Shown piece by piece: positions 16,857-17,839 of a stretch of 17,839 bases of DNA. The translations under genes were made by a program, and so were the position numbers. The stretch is from Gemmatimonadota bacterium (GTDB taxonomy: Bacteria > Latescibacterota > UBA2968 > UBA8231): assembly GCA_038128265.1 (NCBI GenBank), contig JAYPJE010000073.1, positions 1 to 17,839 of the forward strand, given 5' to 3'. Each line of letters opens with the position of its first letter. Position 1 is the first letter of the stretch. The notes under the pieces were generated by a model. It was not told where the DNA came from. It worked only from the letters and a program-made list of their open reading frames with translations, and did no database searches.

Positions 16857-17839
16857 TTAGCGCTCGCCCTTTTCCTCGTAGATGGCCTCGCGCAGTCCCT
16901 TTATGTAGCCGATGGCAAAGAGGCGGCCAATCGACGAGTAGCCCGGGTTGTTGTTGTCGTCGCCGGTCATAGTCGGCACGTGGTCGGGGCGCAGGACGCC
17001 CTCAAAGCCGATGTCCTTGTAGGCCTGCATGCAGGCGCGCATATCGGTCTTGCCTTCGTCGTGGAAGGTCTCGACGAATTTCTCCGGCGTGCCCTGCACG
17101 TCGCGGAAGTGCACAAAGTGGATTTTGTCCTGCTCGCCAAAGTGGCGAATAACGCCCGGCAGATCGTCGCTCATCAGCGTAAAGTTGCCCTGGCACAGAC
17201 AGATGCCGTTGGAAGGGCTTGGCGCCATGTCGATCAGGCGCTGGTAGTTTTCGACGCTGCGCATAATGCGGCCCATGCCGCGGATGGGCGACAGGGGCGG
17301 ATCGTCTGGGTGCATCGCCAGTTTGACGCCAGCTTCTTCGGCGACGGGTAGCACCTTGTTGAGAAAGTACTGCAGGTTGTCCCACAGCTGTTCTTCTGTC
17401 ACTTCGCCGGCGTAGGTCAGCGGCGCGTTTTTAATCAGCTCGTTGTCAAAGCCGGTTACCACGGCGCCGCCGCGCGCCGGGGCCGCTGTCGAAGTGCGCA
17501 TCCAGTTGAGCACTGGCATCCATTCGTAGCACCATACCTCAATACCCAGCTTGCCCATGGCGCGAATCAGATCGCAGGCGTGCTCTATTTCTTCATCGCG
17601 ATCGGACAGCCCGAGCTTGGCCTTGTTGAGTGGGGGGCGGCTCTCGATGACGTCGAGCTGAAAGCCGCCGTCGGCGTAGGCCGTTTTCATGCGCATGACC
17701 GAGGTATAGCTCCACGGCAGGTCGTCGCGCGGCACGTCGTGGCCACGGCGTCCGTCAAAGGAGCCGACGACGTAGTTGACGCCGCACTGTTTGACCATAT
17801 CCCACAGCGGCGTGCGATAGGGGGGCATGACTTCGGCGA
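16857..17839 (-). CDS. uxuA: Mannonate dehydratase (UxuA), probably 5'-truncated by the window edge
   Basis: [48 protein letters not shown] and [12 protein letters not shown]. The frame stays open upstream of ATG 17828 (..AEVMPP) to the window edge. Confidence 0.9.
   Translation of the reverse strand, partial: AEVMPPYRTPLWDMVKQCGVNYVVGSFDGRRGHDVPRDDLPWSYTSVMRMKTAYADGGFQLDVIESRPPLNKAKLGLSDRDEEIEHACDLIRAMGKLGIEVWCYEWMPVLNWMRTSTAAPARGGAVVTGFDNELIKNAPLTYAGEVTEEQLWDNLQYFLNKVLPVAEEAGVKLAMHPDDPPLSPIRGMGRIMRSVENYQRLIDMAPSPSNGICLCQGNFTLMSDDLPGVIRHFGEQDKIHFVHFRDVQGTPEKFVETFHDEGKTDMRACMQAYKDIGFEGVLRPDHVPTMTGDDNNNPGYSSIGRLFAIGYIKGLREAIYEEKGER

Overview
A gene-dense, GC-rich bacterial window with 20 credible CDSs, one of them cut off at the right edge. 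I found no RNA genes, CRISPR array or mobile element. Most genes are small-molecule or carbohydrate-type enzymes: a D-2-hydroxyacid dehydrogenase, an amidohydrolase, two UxuA/mannonate-dehydratase paralogues, a histidine phosphatase, an aldose 1-epimerase, a Nudix hydrolase, a cupin, a Cys-type sulfatase, an SDR and a TIM-barrel sugar isomerase. Housekeeping-type genes are psd, hemF, a glutathione peroxidase, an ArsC/Spx-family protein and a CinA N-terminal-like protein. An MFS permease and three poorly characterised envelope or membrane proteins complete the set. Many true starts lie downstream of the ORF-track starts and were reassigned from RBS and stop/start overlaps. No clear-cut novel system is proven by the sequence. 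The best leads are (i) a UxuA paralogue lacking the RPDH arginine and PGY tyrosine, coupled to a phosphatase; (ii) a tightly coupled DUF4159 / duplicated membrane protein / atypical amidohydrolase / MFS unit; (iii) an orphan two-domain membrane protein; and (iv) a strongly gammaproteobacterial-like hemF. All family calls come from recognising motifs by eye, not from database searches.
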